Assembly: GCF_037013405.1 (NCBI RefSeq)
Contig: NZ_CP146064.1
Coordinates: forward strand, 720,001-752,000
Length of the DNA stretch: 32,000 bases
DNA from: Candidatus Nanosynbacter sp. BB002
GTDB lineage: Bacteria; Patescibacteriota; Saccharimonadia; Saccharimonadales; Saccharimonadaceae
Direction of reading: 5' to 3'
Each line of letters opens with the position of its first letter. Position 1 is the stretch's first letter. The notes beneath the pieces were generated by a model that saw nothing but the letters and a program-made list of their open reading frames with translations, ran no database searches and was not told the DNA's origin. Shown in pieces: positions 1 to 9,146 of the stretch. A program made the position numbers and the translations under genes.

Positions 1-1237
1 TCCGCCTTTTCTTCCAGCTCGTCCAAAAATTCAAACACGCGCTCGGCGGCAGCGGCGGTCGATTGCAGCACATTGGCGATATTAGCAACTTGCACCAGCG
101 GCTGGTTAAATTGGTCGATGTACTGGATGAATGCCTGAATGTCACCGATTTTCAGCCGGCCGTTAATCGCCAGCCAACCGCCCAAAATCGCCATGATGAC
201 GTAGCCGATGTTGCCGATGAAATTCATGATCGGATAAATCAGCCCCGACAAAAATTGGGCTTTCCAGGCGCTTTCCTGTAACTGATCATTCACCCGCGAA
301 AACTTAGCCAGCGACTTTTTCTGGCCGTTGAATACGCGCATCACTTGATGGCCGCCGTACATTTCTTCGATGTGGCCATTCAATTCACCCAGCTGCGTCT
401 GTTGACGGAGGAATTGTTTTTGCGAGCTTTTGGCGATCAGCGTCACTGCGCCGCCAGCCAGCGGCAACACCAGTAGCGCTACCAGCGACATTTGCCAGCT
501 GATGGAAAACATCATCACCAAAATCCCCAGCACCATCACCGTTGAGGAGACGATTTGCGATAGGCTTTGATTGAGCGTCTGGCTGATAGTGTCAACATCG
601 TTAGTGACGCGGCTGAGAACTTCGCCGTAGGTTTGCTTGTCAAAATAACTCAGCGGCAGGCGGTTGATTTTCTCGGACAATTGCCGGCGCATTCTGAAAG
701 TAACTGTCTGCGTCACTTGGGTCATCAGCCAGGTTTGGATGTAGCGAAAAATGGCGCTAAGTATGTACAGACCGATCAGCAAACTGACGACCTGCCAAAC
801 GGCATCAAAGTGAAATTCTGGACGCCGGCTGAGATCCAGCTTTTTGATGGTCTCGAGCTGGTTGGATGGAATTTGGCTTTCAATTTCCGACTTGTTCGGC
901 AGACGCTTCAAAATATCAGCACCAGTCGTGCCAGCCGGCAATGAAGCACCCTTTGGCAGCTTGCTGGTGATGGTCTCATACGCCTTCATGCTGACATAAT
1001 CTTCGACGATTTGGTTGGTAGCGCCGCCCAAAATTTTCGGACTGATAATCGCGAAAGTCGTACTACCGACTGCAAAGATCGCCACCATGAGCATGTGCCA
1101 GCGGAATTCTGCCAAATATTTAGCTAACTTCTTGACCGTGCCTTTGAAATCTTTGGCTTTTTCGCCCGCGCCCATACCGCCGCCCATTGGACCGCCCATC
1201 TTCACTGGCTGGCGTTTTTTCATGCTTTGTTGAGCCA
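1..1237 (-). CDS. ABC exporter subunit (fused TMD-NBD type), N-terminal part only; runs off the window start
   Basis: Absent from the ORF track because the window edge truncates it. My minus-strand translation from the ATG at 1237..1235 (TAATG junction with the upstream gene) is an open frame to position 2. It reads MAQQSMKKRQPVKMGG...FRWHMLMVAIFAVGSTTFAII...LSYFDKQTYGEVLSRVTNDVDTISQ...ANVLQSTAAAAERVFEFLDELEEKAE, a typical type I ABC exporter transmembrane domain ending at the TMD-NBD linker. Confidence 0.8.
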
Positions 1238-3001
1238 TTACGCCGCTCCTTTCGCGGTCGTCACCGACATTTTCTGCAGGTCGTCTTCTGAGAGCTGGGA
1301 AGCAGCAATTTCTTGATAGACTTGGCAATTTTTCATCAATTCCTGGTGAGTGCCCTGACCGACAATTTTACCTTCGTCCAGCACGATGATTTTGTCAGCG
1401 TTCATGATGGTATTGATGCGCTGACCGACGATGAGCACAGTTTTATGCTTGGTTTCTTTTGCCAGTGCCGAGCGTAATTTAGCGTCAGTCTTGAAATCCA
1501 GCGCCGAGAACGAATCGTCAAAAATGTAGACATTCGGCTCCACAGCAATCGCCCGGGCAATCGACAAACGCTGCCGTTGACCACCGGAAACATTGCTGCC
1601 GCCTTGAGCGATGTCATTTTTGTAACCGTTTTTTAGCTCGCTGATGAACTCGGTAGCTTGCGCGATTTTAGCGGATTTTTCGACCAATTTTTGGCTGGCT
1701 TTGGCGTTGCCGTACTTGATATTGCTGGCGATCGTCCCGCTAAACAACACACCCTTTTGCGGTACGTAGCCGATTTGATCGTACAAATCTTCCAACTTGA
1801 GCTGGCGAATATCCACGCCATCCAGCAAAATCTGCCCCGCCGACACATCGTAAAAGCGCGGGATCAAATTGATCAACGTCGATTTGCCCGAGCCAGTACT
1901 GCCAATGAACGCTGTGGTTTGCCCTGGTTCGGCCGTGAAATTGATACTTGAGAGCACCGGCAAGTCAGCGTCTGGATAGGTAAAAGTGACGTCTTTGAAT
2001 TCAATTTTACCCGTAGCGTCATCTGGCAATCGCTGCGGCGACGATGGGTCAACAATTGACGGCAGCGTGTCGAGCACCTCGCCCACCCGCTTCACCGACA
2101 CGGCCGCTCGCGGCACCATGATAAACACCATCGACAGCAGCAAGAACGAAATGATCACCTGCATGGCGTACTCCAAAAACGCCATCATATTACCAATTTG
2201 TAGATTGCCGCTACTGATCAAATGCGCGCCGAACCAGACAATCGCCACGCTAGAAAAGTTCATCACCAGCGTCATGATTGGGTCAAGCAGCATCATCAGC
2301 CGATTGACAAATAAGTTCATTTTGTTTAGCTCAGCGTTGGCTTGCTGGAACTTTTTCTGCTCAATTTTTTCGTTGTGAAAGGCGCGAATAACTTTTAAGC
2401 CGACCAGGTTTTCGCGCGTCACCAAATTGAGCTTGTCCACCAGCGTCTGCAATTTTTTGAACCGCGGCACAGCAATGACAAATAACACGGCAATGACCAC
2501 CAGAAGCACTGACACTGCCAGCGCAATGATCCAGCTCAAATTTGGAGCATTGTGAATGGCTTTTTGCAGGCCACCAATTGCCATGATCGGCGCCATCAAT
2601 GCCAGGCGCAGCAGCAGGATTGACGTCATCTGAATTTGCTGAATGTCGTTGGTCGAGCGGGTAATTAGCGATGCAGTCGAAAATTTATTGAAATCCGCCA
2701 GCGCAAAACTTTCGACCCGCTCAAACAATTCTGTTCGTAATTTTTGTGCCATACCAGTGGCAATTCGCGATGCCAAGAACCCGATGACGATCGAACACAA
2801 TCCGCCCGCCGCCGTCACCAAAATCATCGCTAATCCGTTATGCCAAATCGCTGGCATGTCTTGCTTGATGATGCCGTTATTGACGATTTCCGACATTTTG
2901 TCAGGCAGCCACAAATTCGCCATCACCATGGCGTAGGTAAAACCGACCAAGATGATGAACATCAGCCAGTAGCCGCTAAAAATTCGTAAAATATGTTTCA
3001 T
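1238..3001 (-). CDS. ABC exporter subunit, fused permease-ATPase (587 aa); probable heterodimer partner of the downstream gene
   Basis: Six-helix TMD followed by an NBD. Walker A is GSTGSGKST, the signature is VSGGQRQRLSIARA, and Walker B is VYIFDDSFSALD. The residue after Walker B is Asp rather than the catalytic Glu, as in the degenerate-site subunit of heterodimeric exporters (LmrCD/BmrCD type). ATG at 3001..2999 confirmed. Confidence 0.9.
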   Translation of the reverse strand: MKHILRIFSGYWLMFIILVGFTYAMVMANLWLPDKMSEIVNNGIIKQDMPAIWHNGLAMILVTAAGGLCSIVIGFLASRIATGMAQKLRTELFERVESFALADFNKFSTASLITRSTNDIQQIQMTSILLLRLALMAPIMAIGGLQKAIHNAPNLSWIIALAVSVLLVVIAVLFVIAVPRFKKLQTLVDKLNLVTRENLVGLKVIRAFHNEKIEQKKFQQANAELNKMNLFVNRLMMLLDPIMTLVMNFSSVAIVWFGAHLISSGNLQIGNMMAFLEYAMQVIISFLLLSMVFIMVPRAAVSVKRVGEVLDTLPSIVDPSSPQRLPDDATGKIEFKDVTFTYPDADLPVLSSINFTAEPGQTTAFIGSTGSGKSTLINLIPRFYDVSAGQILLDGVDIRQLKLEDLYDQIGYVPQKGVLFSGTIASNIKYGNAKASQKLVEKSAKIAQATEFISELKNGYKNDIAQGGSNVSGGQRQRLSIARAIAVEPNVYIFDDSFSALDFKTDAKLRSALAKETKHKTVLIVGQRINTIMNADKIIVLDEGKIVGQGTHQELMKNCQVYQEIAASQLSEDDLQKMSVTTAKGAA

Positions 3002-3033
3002 ATTGTTCTTTTAGTACCTCAAGTCCAGTCTCT

Positions 3034-3042
3034 ATTTTACCA
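3034..3042 (-). promoter_or_regulatory. Candidate extended -10 promoter (TGGTAAAAT) for the ABC exporter operon
   Basis: The reverse complement of 3034..3042 is TGGTAAAAT (TGn + TAAAAT), 32 nt upstream of the ATG at 3001. No strong SD in the short leader. Confidence 0.35.
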
Positions 3043-3112
3043 TAATATGAACCATTCGTCACAAAGCCTCATTGGACAAAACTATCTGCTGGACGTATAC
3101 TATTTTTAGTGT

Positions 3113-3189
3113 CGGGGTGTGGCGCAGCTTGGTAGCGCGCACCGTTCGGGACGGTGAGGTCGCTGGTTCAAATCCAGTCACCCCGACCA
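3113..3189 (+). tRNA. tRNA-Pro (anticodon CGG), CCA encoded
   Basis: Hand-folded cloverleaf. Acceptor CGGGGTG/CACCCCG (7 bp), D stem GCGC/GCGC, anticodon stem CACCG/CGGTG with loop TTCGGGA (anticodon CGG at 3147..3149). Variable loop AGGTC, T arm GCTGG-TTCAAAT-CCAGT, discriminator A, then CCA. Confidence 0.95.
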
Positions 3190-3257
3190 TGGGAATTATT
3201 TGAAGCGCATGTTCACATACGAGAACCTCTGGCGACCACGAAAGCAAAGGAGGTTGT

Positions 3258-3725
3258 ATGCAGCGGCGAGTTAATGTACGCGGAATTATCGTAAGCGATC
3301 AGGGCGAGATTTTTTGCCAACAATTGACCGCGAACGACGGCAAAGGGCGGAATTTTTGGTGTACGCCGGGCGGCGGCTTGAAACGTAGCGAAAGTTTGCT
3401 GGACGGTTTGCATCGGGAGATGATTGAAGAAACGGGCGTTAAGCCAGAGATCGGTAGGTTGTTATTTATACAACAATTCACCGAGTCAGGCGAGCAATCA
3501 GCACATGGCCCGAACGAGCAATTGGAATTTTTCTTCCTCATCACCAACTGGCAAGATTACCAGCAGATTAACCTGGAGCAAACATCACACGGCGTCGAGG
3601 AAGTAGCCAAGTGCGGCTTCGTCAATCCGAAGACGACGCGAATTTTACCAAGCTATTTGACAGAAGTCGATCTGGACTGGTTGATTAACAAATCAACTGA
3701 CGTTCACATCATGAGTGAGCTATAA
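3258..3725 (+). CDS. NUDIX hydrolase
   Basis: Nudix box GGGLKRSESLLDGLHREMIEETGV matches GX5EX7REUXEEXGU. SD AAGGAGG lies 4 nt upstream of the ATG. Confidence 0.9.
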   Translation: MQRRVNVRGIIVSDQGEIFCQQLTANDGKGRNFWCTPGGGLKRSESLLDGLHREMIEETGVKPEIGRLLFIQQFTESGEQSAHGPNEQLEFFFLITNWQDYQQINLEQTSHGVEEVAKCGFVNPKTTRILPSYLTEVDLDWLINKSTDVHIMSEL

Positions 3726-4514
3726 CTGCTCCGCTCCCTCCTTGTTATCCTCAGGCGTATTTGCCTGTTGTTCAGCGGCAATTTTGGCACGCACTTCCTG
3801 TTCAATTTCCTGGCGCAGCCGTTGACGCTCTTCATCAGACACAGCTGTCTGCGACTTTTGTTTGTAAGCCTGCGCCCGGATCAACACCGGTGTAACTACT
3901 AAGCCAAATACTGTTAAGATGCCGAAAATAGTCAATAATTGCCAGTTAGCAGTCAAGGCATCACCACCATGTTTTTGCCACAAAATACTCAAACCCACCA
4001 AACTCAACAAACTAGCACTACTAATGGTCATTGTCACTAAGCCTGAAATGATTGAATCATTACGTTTGAAGGAAAGGAACTTGGCGGTCAATGTAGTCAA
4101 TGATGTGATGATGAACACAGTAACTGTCAGCTTGGTCAATATTTCTTCGAGCTGACCACACAACATATAATCATAGCCTCCAGGAAACTCGGAGCTGGCG
4201 CTCGTATTACAAATACCTAAAGAAGGTAATAATTCCCACACCAATATCAACGCGCCCAACAACCACAGAGCATTAATAACCAATGATAAGGACGACAGTG
4301 TTTTAATCAATCGCTGGTCATCCTCCAGGCGGGCAACCCCTCCCATAGCAAACAATGAGGCAACTGCCGTAAACAAGGTAGTTGTCAAGATGCGCCAGTC
4401 CACTGGCCCAGACAAAGTAGCCATGATTCCCATGAGAGCACAAACCGAGAAAAGGCTGATTGATATATATAACAAAAATTGGCGTATTTGTGATAACTGA
4501 TTCGTTTGTTTCAT
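3720..4514 (-). CDS. Hypothetical polytopic membrane protein with a charged C-terminal tail
   Basis: 264 aa with about 7 hydrophobic helices, then a K/E/Q/R-rich tail (EERQRLRQEIEQEVRAKIAAEQQ). No recognisable catalytic motif. Preceded by a TGGTATAGT-N6-ATG promoter. Confidence 0.6.
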   Translation of the reverse strand: MKQTNQLSQIRQFLLYISISLFSVCALMGIMATLSGPVDWRILTTTLFTAVASLFAMGGVARLEDDQRLIKTLSSLSLVINALWLLGALILVWELLPSLGICNTSASSEFPGGYDYMLCGQLEEILTKLTVTVFIITSLTTLTAKFLSFKRNDSIISGLVTMTISSASLLSLVGLSILWQKHGGDALTANWQLLTIFGILTVFGLVVTPVLIRAQAYKQKSQTAVSDEERQRLRQEIEQEVRAKIAAEQQANTPEDNKEGAEQL

Positions 4515-4520
4515 GTTGCT

Positions 4521-4529
4521 ACTATACCA
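4521..4529 (-). promoter_or_regulatory. Extended -10 promoter TGGTATAGT, 6 nt upstream of the ATG (leaderless-type)
   Basis: The reverse complement of 4521..4529 is TGGTATAGT, followed by AGCAAC and then the ATG at 4514..4512. No SD. Confidence 0.45.
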
Positions 4530-4540
4530 TAGTACTTATG

Positions 4541-5152
4541 CTAGCGCATGGCCCGAATCATCTGTCTCAGTTGCTCGACCGCTCGAGCACGGCGTTCTTC
4601 TGTCCAATAGGTATCAGCCGTGGCCTTCTCGCCATCGACCGTGGTTTCCTGGAGGAAATGACCGACAATATGGCCGTCTTTCAGCGCCGTCACATCAGGA
4701 ACATAGACTCGTGGTTGTCCGTTCTCATCGGTGCGAAGATGTGGCTTCAACTTTTCAACTAATTTTTTGTAGGTATCATCATTGGTTTCACGGGCATGGC
4801 GAATGTCGAGATAGTAAATCTTATCCAGCCCTTCGGCCTTGGCGGCTTCATCGACAATTGGCGCTAGCTGCTGACACCACGGACACTGCTGAAAACCAAG
4901 GAAAATCAAGCCACTGCCTGATTCAAATTTCTCCAAAACCTCACCAGCCGAAGCAAAGACAAAACGATTGTCGTCGGCCACGCGAGAATAAGCAGCCTTA
5001 AAGCGAGCAGCGTCTGACGGCTGCGGTGACGCTGGCCCATGCGGGCGCGACCAGATATACCAGCCGCATGCGACGATGGCAATAATACCAACAATTACCG
5101 CGACAAGAAGCATGCATTTGGTATAGTTCTTGGCTGTTTTCGCATGTTTCAT
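4541..5152 (-). CDS. Membrane-anchored thioredoxin-fold protein (CPWC active site)
   Basis: N-terminal TM helix (LLVAVIVGIIAIVACGWYIW) followed by a thioredoxin-like motif, LIFLGFQQCPWCQQLAP. SD AGGAGG 5 nt upstream. Lies 12 nt downstream of the amino-acid ABC ATPase gene, so probably the last gene of that operon. Confidence 0.75.
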   Translation of the reverse strand: MKHAKTAKNYTKCMLLVAVIVGIIAIVACGWYIWSRPHGPASPQPSDAARFKAAYSRVADDNRFVFASAGEVLEKFESGSGLIFLGFQQCPWCQQLAPIVDEAAKAEGLDKIYYLDIRHARETNDDTYKKLVEKLKPHLRTDENGQPRVYVPDVTALKDGHIVGHFLQETTVDGEKATADTYWTEERRARAVEQLRQMIRAMR

Positions 5153-5164
5153 CGGGACCTCCTG

Positions 5165-5944
5165 TTATTTCCCTTTGACGCCAAAAAACTTCCGCGCCCG
5201 CTCGGTCACCGGATGATCCATCACCTGCTCTGGCGGACCATTTTCGATGATCTCGCCCTTGTCCAGGAAAATCATCCGCGTAGCCACTTCGCGCGCAAAT
5301 TTCATTTCGTGCGTGACGATAACCATGGTCATACCTTTGGCGGCAACCTCACGAATCACATCCAGCACCTCGCCAATCATCTCTGGATCAAGCGCCGAAG
5401 TTGGCTCATCAAACAACATAATATCCGGCTCCATGGCTAAGGCTCTGGCGATGGCGACGCGCTGCTTTTGCCCGCCCGAGAGCTGCGAAGGGAAGGCCCC
5501 GGCTTTGTCCGCCAATCCCACGTCTGCCAGCAATTTCTTCGCCAAGCGAGTCGCCGCCCGGTCAGACAATTTGCGTAATTTCCGCGGCGCCAGTTTGATA
5601 TTATCCAGCACGCTCAAGTTCGGGAACAGATTGAACGATTGAAACACCATGCCAACTTTTTGGCGCAGGGCGTTCAGGTCAACTTTTGGCGCTGTCGTTT
5701 CCACACCATCGATGACAATGCGCCCGCCCGTCGGCGTCTCCAGTAAATTCAAGCAGCGCAAAAAGGTTGATTTACCAGAGCCACTCGAGCCAACGACCAC
5801 CACTACTTCGCCTTCGTGAATTTCAACATCAATATCCCTGAGTACGCGGTTATTGCCAAACTGCTTTTTGAGGTTAGCCACCGTGATGATCGCTGGGCGC
5901 CCGGTATTTGGCTGCGCCACTTCCTTCACCTTATTCACTGCCAT
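5165..5944 (-). CDS. Polar amino-acid ABC transporter ATP-binding protein (GlnQ/HisP-like)
   Basis: Walker A GSSGSGKST, signature LSGGQKQRVAIARA, Walker B IMLFDEPTSALD, H-loop VTHEM. Overlaps the permease gene by 14 nt. Confidence 0.92.
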   Translation of the reverse strand: MAVNKVKEVAQPNTGRPAIITVANLKKQFGNNRVLRDIDVEIHEGEVVVVVGSSGSGKSTFLRCLNLLETPTGGRIVIDGVETTAPKVDLNALRQKVGMVFQSFNLFPNLSVLDNIKLAPRKLRKLSDRAATRLAKKLLADVGLADKAGAFPSQLSGGQKQRVAIARALAMEPDIMLFDEPTSALDPEMIGEVLDVIREVAAKGMTMVIVTHEMKFAREVATRMIFLDKGEIIENGPPEQVMDHPVTERARKFFGVKGK

Positions 5945-6647
5945 CTTTCAATCTCCTCTCTACTCGGGTCATCACACGGGTAAATATCGCGGTCAACGCC
6001 AAGTACATCACCGCTGCAGCAAACAATGACTGAAACGCCGTGGCAGTTTGAAAGCGAATATTATCAGCGCCGCGCATGATGTCATTTAGCCCAATCCAGC
6101 CGACGACTGAGGTCTCTTTCAGTAGGGCGATGAATTCGCTGATCAGCGCTGGCAAAGAATTTTTGAGTGCTTGTGGCAAAATCACTAAACGCATAGCCTG
6201 CCAGCGACTAAAACCCAGCGAACGCGCTGCTTCCATTTGTCCCTTATCAACGCTCTCGATGCCACCGCGAATGATCTCGCCAATGTAGGCGCCACTGTTG
6301 ATACCAAAGGCAATGGCCGCCACAAAAATCTTCGGCATGAATTGATATGAGCCAAAGACGACGTAGTACATAATTAACAGCTGGACCAGCAGCGGCGTGC
6401 CTCGAATGATGTCGACATACACTTTGCCAAGCCACGCTAGCGGATTCCAGCGACTCAGTCCTTTGGCCCACGAGTAGCGACCGAGCCACTTAACCGGTCG
6501 TACGTCCGAGGTTCGCAACAGGGCGATAATGATACCAATGGCCGTACCGAGAAGCAGCGACAAAACGGTCAAAACCAACGTTACCTCTAGACCGTGCCAC
6601 AAATACAGCCACCGACCGTCGCCGAAAATCACCTCCAGGAAATTCAC
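5931..6647 (-). CDS. Polar amino-acid ABC transporter permease (HisM/GlnP family)
   Basis: 238 aa with 5 predicted TM helices and an EAA-like loop (EAARSLGFSRWQAMRLVILPQAL). GTG start in a GTGA overlap with the stop of the SBP gene. Confidence 0.88.
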   Translation of the reverse strand: MNFLEVIFGDGRWLYLWHGLEVTLVLTVLSLLLGTAIGIIIALLRTSDVRPVKWLGRYSWAKGLSRWNPLAWLGKVYVDIIRGTPLLVQLLIMYYVVFGSYQFMPKIFVAAIAFGINSGAYIGEIIRGGIESVDKGQMEAARSLGFSRWQAMRLVILPQALKNSLPALISEFIALLKETSVVGWIGLNDIMRGADNIRFQTATAFQSLFAAAVMYLALTAIFTRVMTRVERRLKDGSE

Positions 6648-7468
6648 GATTCAAGCTCCTTTTTCTTCATCGATTCAAGCGCTGCGGCACCAAAATGCTT
6701 GCGAATGAGATTGTCATATCGACCATCTTTTTTCATCTCCGCCAGCACTCGGTTAATTTTTTCCAGCAAGTCATGGTTGTTGTTTTTGATGGCAATCGCA
6801 TAATGCTCGCTCGACAACTCACCTGGCAAAATTTCTAGGTCTGGAAAGCCAGCCGTGTATTGAGCCGCAGGCGCATCATCCAAAATAACTGCCTCGACGC
6901 CGCCAGCATTAAGCTCCGTCAACACACTTGGCGCAGTTGGGAATTGTGACACTTTGGCGCCGGTAATTTTTCCAGCCAGTGTATCGCCTGTCGTGCCTAA
7001 CTGTACACCAATTTTCTTACCCGTCAGTTGATGTCGATTCCGAATTGGACTGCCTTTCTTGACAATGATCCGCTGCGAGGCTGAATAATACGGCTCAGAA
7101 AATAACGCGTTTTTAGCGCGCTCCGGCGTCACCGACATGCCAGCCACTGCCATGTCAATTTGCCCTGATTCCAGCGCTGATAGCAATCCGTCAAACGACA
7201 TGTCTTCAATCCTCAATTCTTTATTCATGCTGCGGGCAATCTCCTTGGCTAGATCAACATCAAACCCAACAATTTCATTGCCCTGCTTGTACTCAAACGG
7301 CTTAAACCCAGCATTAGTACCCATCACCAACACATCATCACTCTTACCAAATCCACCTTCGCGCTGCAAAATGTCAAACGCCATAAAGCCAATCAACGCC
7401 ACAAATAGTCCAAGACCGATCCACCAACTAACTCCAAAGCCGTGACGTCGCGTTTTCGTTCCGTTCAT
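6644..7468 (-). CDS. Amino-acid ABC substrate-binding protein (family 3), TM-anchored rather than lipoprotein
   Basis: Family-3 solute-binding pattern (GFKPFEY...GFDVDLAKEIA...DMAVAGMSVTPER...). The N-terminal hydrophobic anchor WWIGLGLFVALIGFMAF has no lipobox cysteine. Confidence 0.88.
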   Translation of the reverse strand: MNGTKTRRHGFGVSWWIGLGLFVALIGFMAFDILQREGGFGKSDDVLVMGTNAGFKPFEYKQGNEIVGFDVDLAKEIARSMNKELRIEDMSFDGLLSALESGQIDMAVAGMSVTPERAKNALFSEPYYSASQRIIVKKGSPIRNRHQLTGKKIGVQLGTTGDTLAGKITGAKVSQFPTAPSVLTELNAGGVEAVILDDAPAAQYTAGFPDLEILPGELSSEHYAIAIKNNNHDLLEKINRVLAEMKKDGRYDNLIRKHFGAAALESMKKKELES

Positions 7469-7475
7469 GCTTAGT

Positions 7476-7504
7476 AGTATACGCGCTTTATTACAAAATG
7501 ATAA
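7476..7504 (-). promoter_or_regulatory. Candidate promoter of the amino-acid ABC operon: TTATCA-N17-TATACT-N7-ATG
   Basis: Read on the minus strand: -35 TTATCA (7504..7499), 17-nt spacer, -10 TATACT (7481..7476), 7 nt, then the ATG at 7468. No SD. Confidence 0.4.
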
Positions 7505-7536
7505 GCCCTAAGTTCAGCATTGTTCCTCACGTATAG

Positions 7537-7545
7537 TGGTATAAT
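7537..7545 (+). promoter_or_regulatory. Extended -10 promoter TGGTATAAT, 8 nt upstream of the ATG of the sulfatase-family gene
   Basis: TGGTATAAT at 7537..7545, then TAGATAGT, then the ATG at 7554. No SD. Divergent from the ABC operon promoter. Confidence 0.45.
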
Positions 7546-7553
7546 TAGATAGT

Positions 7554-9074
7554 ATGAGCAAAAAAATCCTCAGCCGTTTCTGCAATTTTCGCACTTTTGT
7601 CCGCATCAGCATCGTTCTAATGCTGGCTCTCAGTGCAATATTCATCGTCGCCAGTCAGTACAAAACCGTGCAATTTCGCGACGCCAAAATTGATGAGATT
7701 TTGTTCTATTTTAACAACGGCCTGGCGGGCGGACAATCCAGTAGCCTAATTTCAGCAGTCTGGGGCAACGTGCCATACGCTATTGGATTATTTGTCATCT
7801 TACTACTCCCTATACTTCTCAAACTACGCTGGAAAACAATGCCATTTCGGCTGCGCCACCAGATCTATTACGCAAGTGGCATTTTTGTTGTCAGCCTGAC
7901 ACTCCTGGCACAAAGCTTCAGCATCCCAGCCTATGTCAGCGCTCTTACTCAATCATCAAAAATCTACGACAAGCACTATGTTGATCCGCGCGGCGTCAAA
8001 TTGACCTTCCCTAGCACCAAACGTAATTTGATTTATATCTATGTTGAATCGCTAGAAAATACGCCCGCCTCCAAAGCCAACGGCGGCATGAGCGACAAAT
8101 CAGTCATTCCGGAGCTGGAGAAATTGGCGCTGACCAACACTTCATTTTCACACCAAGCCTCAGGACTCGGTGGCGCCCTACCTGCCCATGGTACCACCTG
8201 GACAGTCGCCGGCATGACCGCTCAGTCCGCTGGCGTGCCACTCAAAGACGGCGGCGTGTTTGGCGGCCGCGACCGCAACGGCATGGGTGATTTCAATAAA
8301 TTCTTGCCCGGTGCTTATACTTTAGGGCAAGTACTCCAAAAAGCTGATTATAATCAATCATTTATCATGGGCTCAGATAAAACTTTTGGTGGGCGCGATA
8401 AGTTACTAGAGCAACATGGCGATTACCACATCATCGACTTCACCTACGCTCAACAGCACGGTTTGATTCCTCAGGACTACAAAGTATGGTGGGGCTACGA
8501 AGACAAAAAGCTTTTCCAATTTGCCCGCGATGAAGCCACTCGCCTCAGTAAATTAGACAAGCCATTTAACTTGCAAATGCTGACCGTTGACACGCACTTT
8601 ACTGACGGCTGGCTGGACAGTGACACCTGTAAACAACAATTTGAAGCAAAATACGACAATGTACATGCCTGCGCTTCCAAACAAATCACCGCCTTCGTCG
8701 AGTGGGCTAAACAGCAACCGTTTTACGCCAACACTACTATCATCATCAGTGGTGATCACCTCGGTATGCAAACGCCATATTATGAAGAGAAGATCGCCGG
8801 CGCTCCCTACCAACGAACCGTCTACAACGCCTTCATCAACCCTGCCGTTCAGCCAACTCACGCCACCAACCGCCAATTCGCCACCTTTGATATGTACCCA
8901 TCGACCTTGGCAGCACTGGGTGTGATAGTAGATGGCGACCGCATGGGGCTGGGCACCAATTTATTCTCAAATCGCCAGACACTAGTTGAACAGTTTGGTG
9001 GTATCGATCAGCTCAACGCTGAGCTCAGCAAACGCTCAACTTACTACGAACGGAAAATCTTAAGCAGTTCGTAA
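7554..9074 (+). CDS. LTA synthase family / phosphoglycerol-transferase-like sulfatase-domain membrane protein
   Basis: N-terminal TM helices followed by an extracytoplasmic alkaline-phosphatase/sulfatase-type domain (YIYVESLE..., HGTTWTVAGMTAQ, TVDTHF, IIISGDHLG). The architecture resembles LtaS/MdoB. Substrate not inferable. Confidence 0.65.
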   Translation: MSKKILSRFCNFRTFVRISIVLMLALSAIFIVASQYKTVQFRDAKIDEILFYFNNGLAGGQSSSLISAVWGNVPYAIGLFVILLLPILLKLRWKTMPFRLRHQIYYASGIFVVSLTLLAQSFSIPAYVSALTQSSKIYDKHYVDPRGVKLTFPSTKRNLIYIYVESLENTPASKANGGMSDKSVIPELEKLALTNTSFSHQASGLGGALPAHGTTWTVAGMTAQSAGVPLKDGGVFGGRDRNGMGDFNKFLPGAYTLGQVLQKADYNQSFIMGSDKTFGGRDKLLEQHGDYHIIDFTYAQQHGLIPQDYKVWWGYEDKKLFQFARDEATRLSKLDKPFNLQMLTVDTHFTDGWLDSDTCKQQFEAKYDNVHACASKQITAFVEWAKQQPFYANTTIIISGDHLGMQTPYYEEKIAGAPYQRTVYNAFINPAVQPTHATNRQFATFDMYPSTLAALGVIVDGDRMGLGTNLFSNRQTLVEQFGGIDQLNAELSKRSTYYERKILSSS

Positions 9075-9146
9075 GTGTATCACCTCACACTGTCTCTTGC
9101 CGCAACGTAACAATACGGGGCTCAGCCCACAGAAAAAGGAGGACAT

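Noticed and set aside
63-1233. Plus-strand track ORFs 63..281, 567..944 and 1015..1233
   Set aside because: They lie antisense to an uninterrupted minus-strand ABC-exporter reading frame with clear family features. Their translations have no recognisable motifs.
3113-3189. tRNA-Pro as an integration site for the defence island
   Set aside because: It lies about 15 kb from the R-M locus, separated by ordinary housekeeping operons. There is no integrase and I saw no direct repeat of the tRNA 3' end.
3059-3413. Minus-strand ORFs 3059..3247 and 3213..3413
   Set aside because: The first is the antisense translation of tRNA-Pro (the typical GFEPAT artefact). The second is antisense to the NUDIX gene and its SD region.
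4513-5001. Plus-strand 162-aa ORF
   Set aside because: It is antisense to the CPWC thioredoxin-like gene. It has R/P/H/S-rich low-complexity composition, no SD and no promoter.
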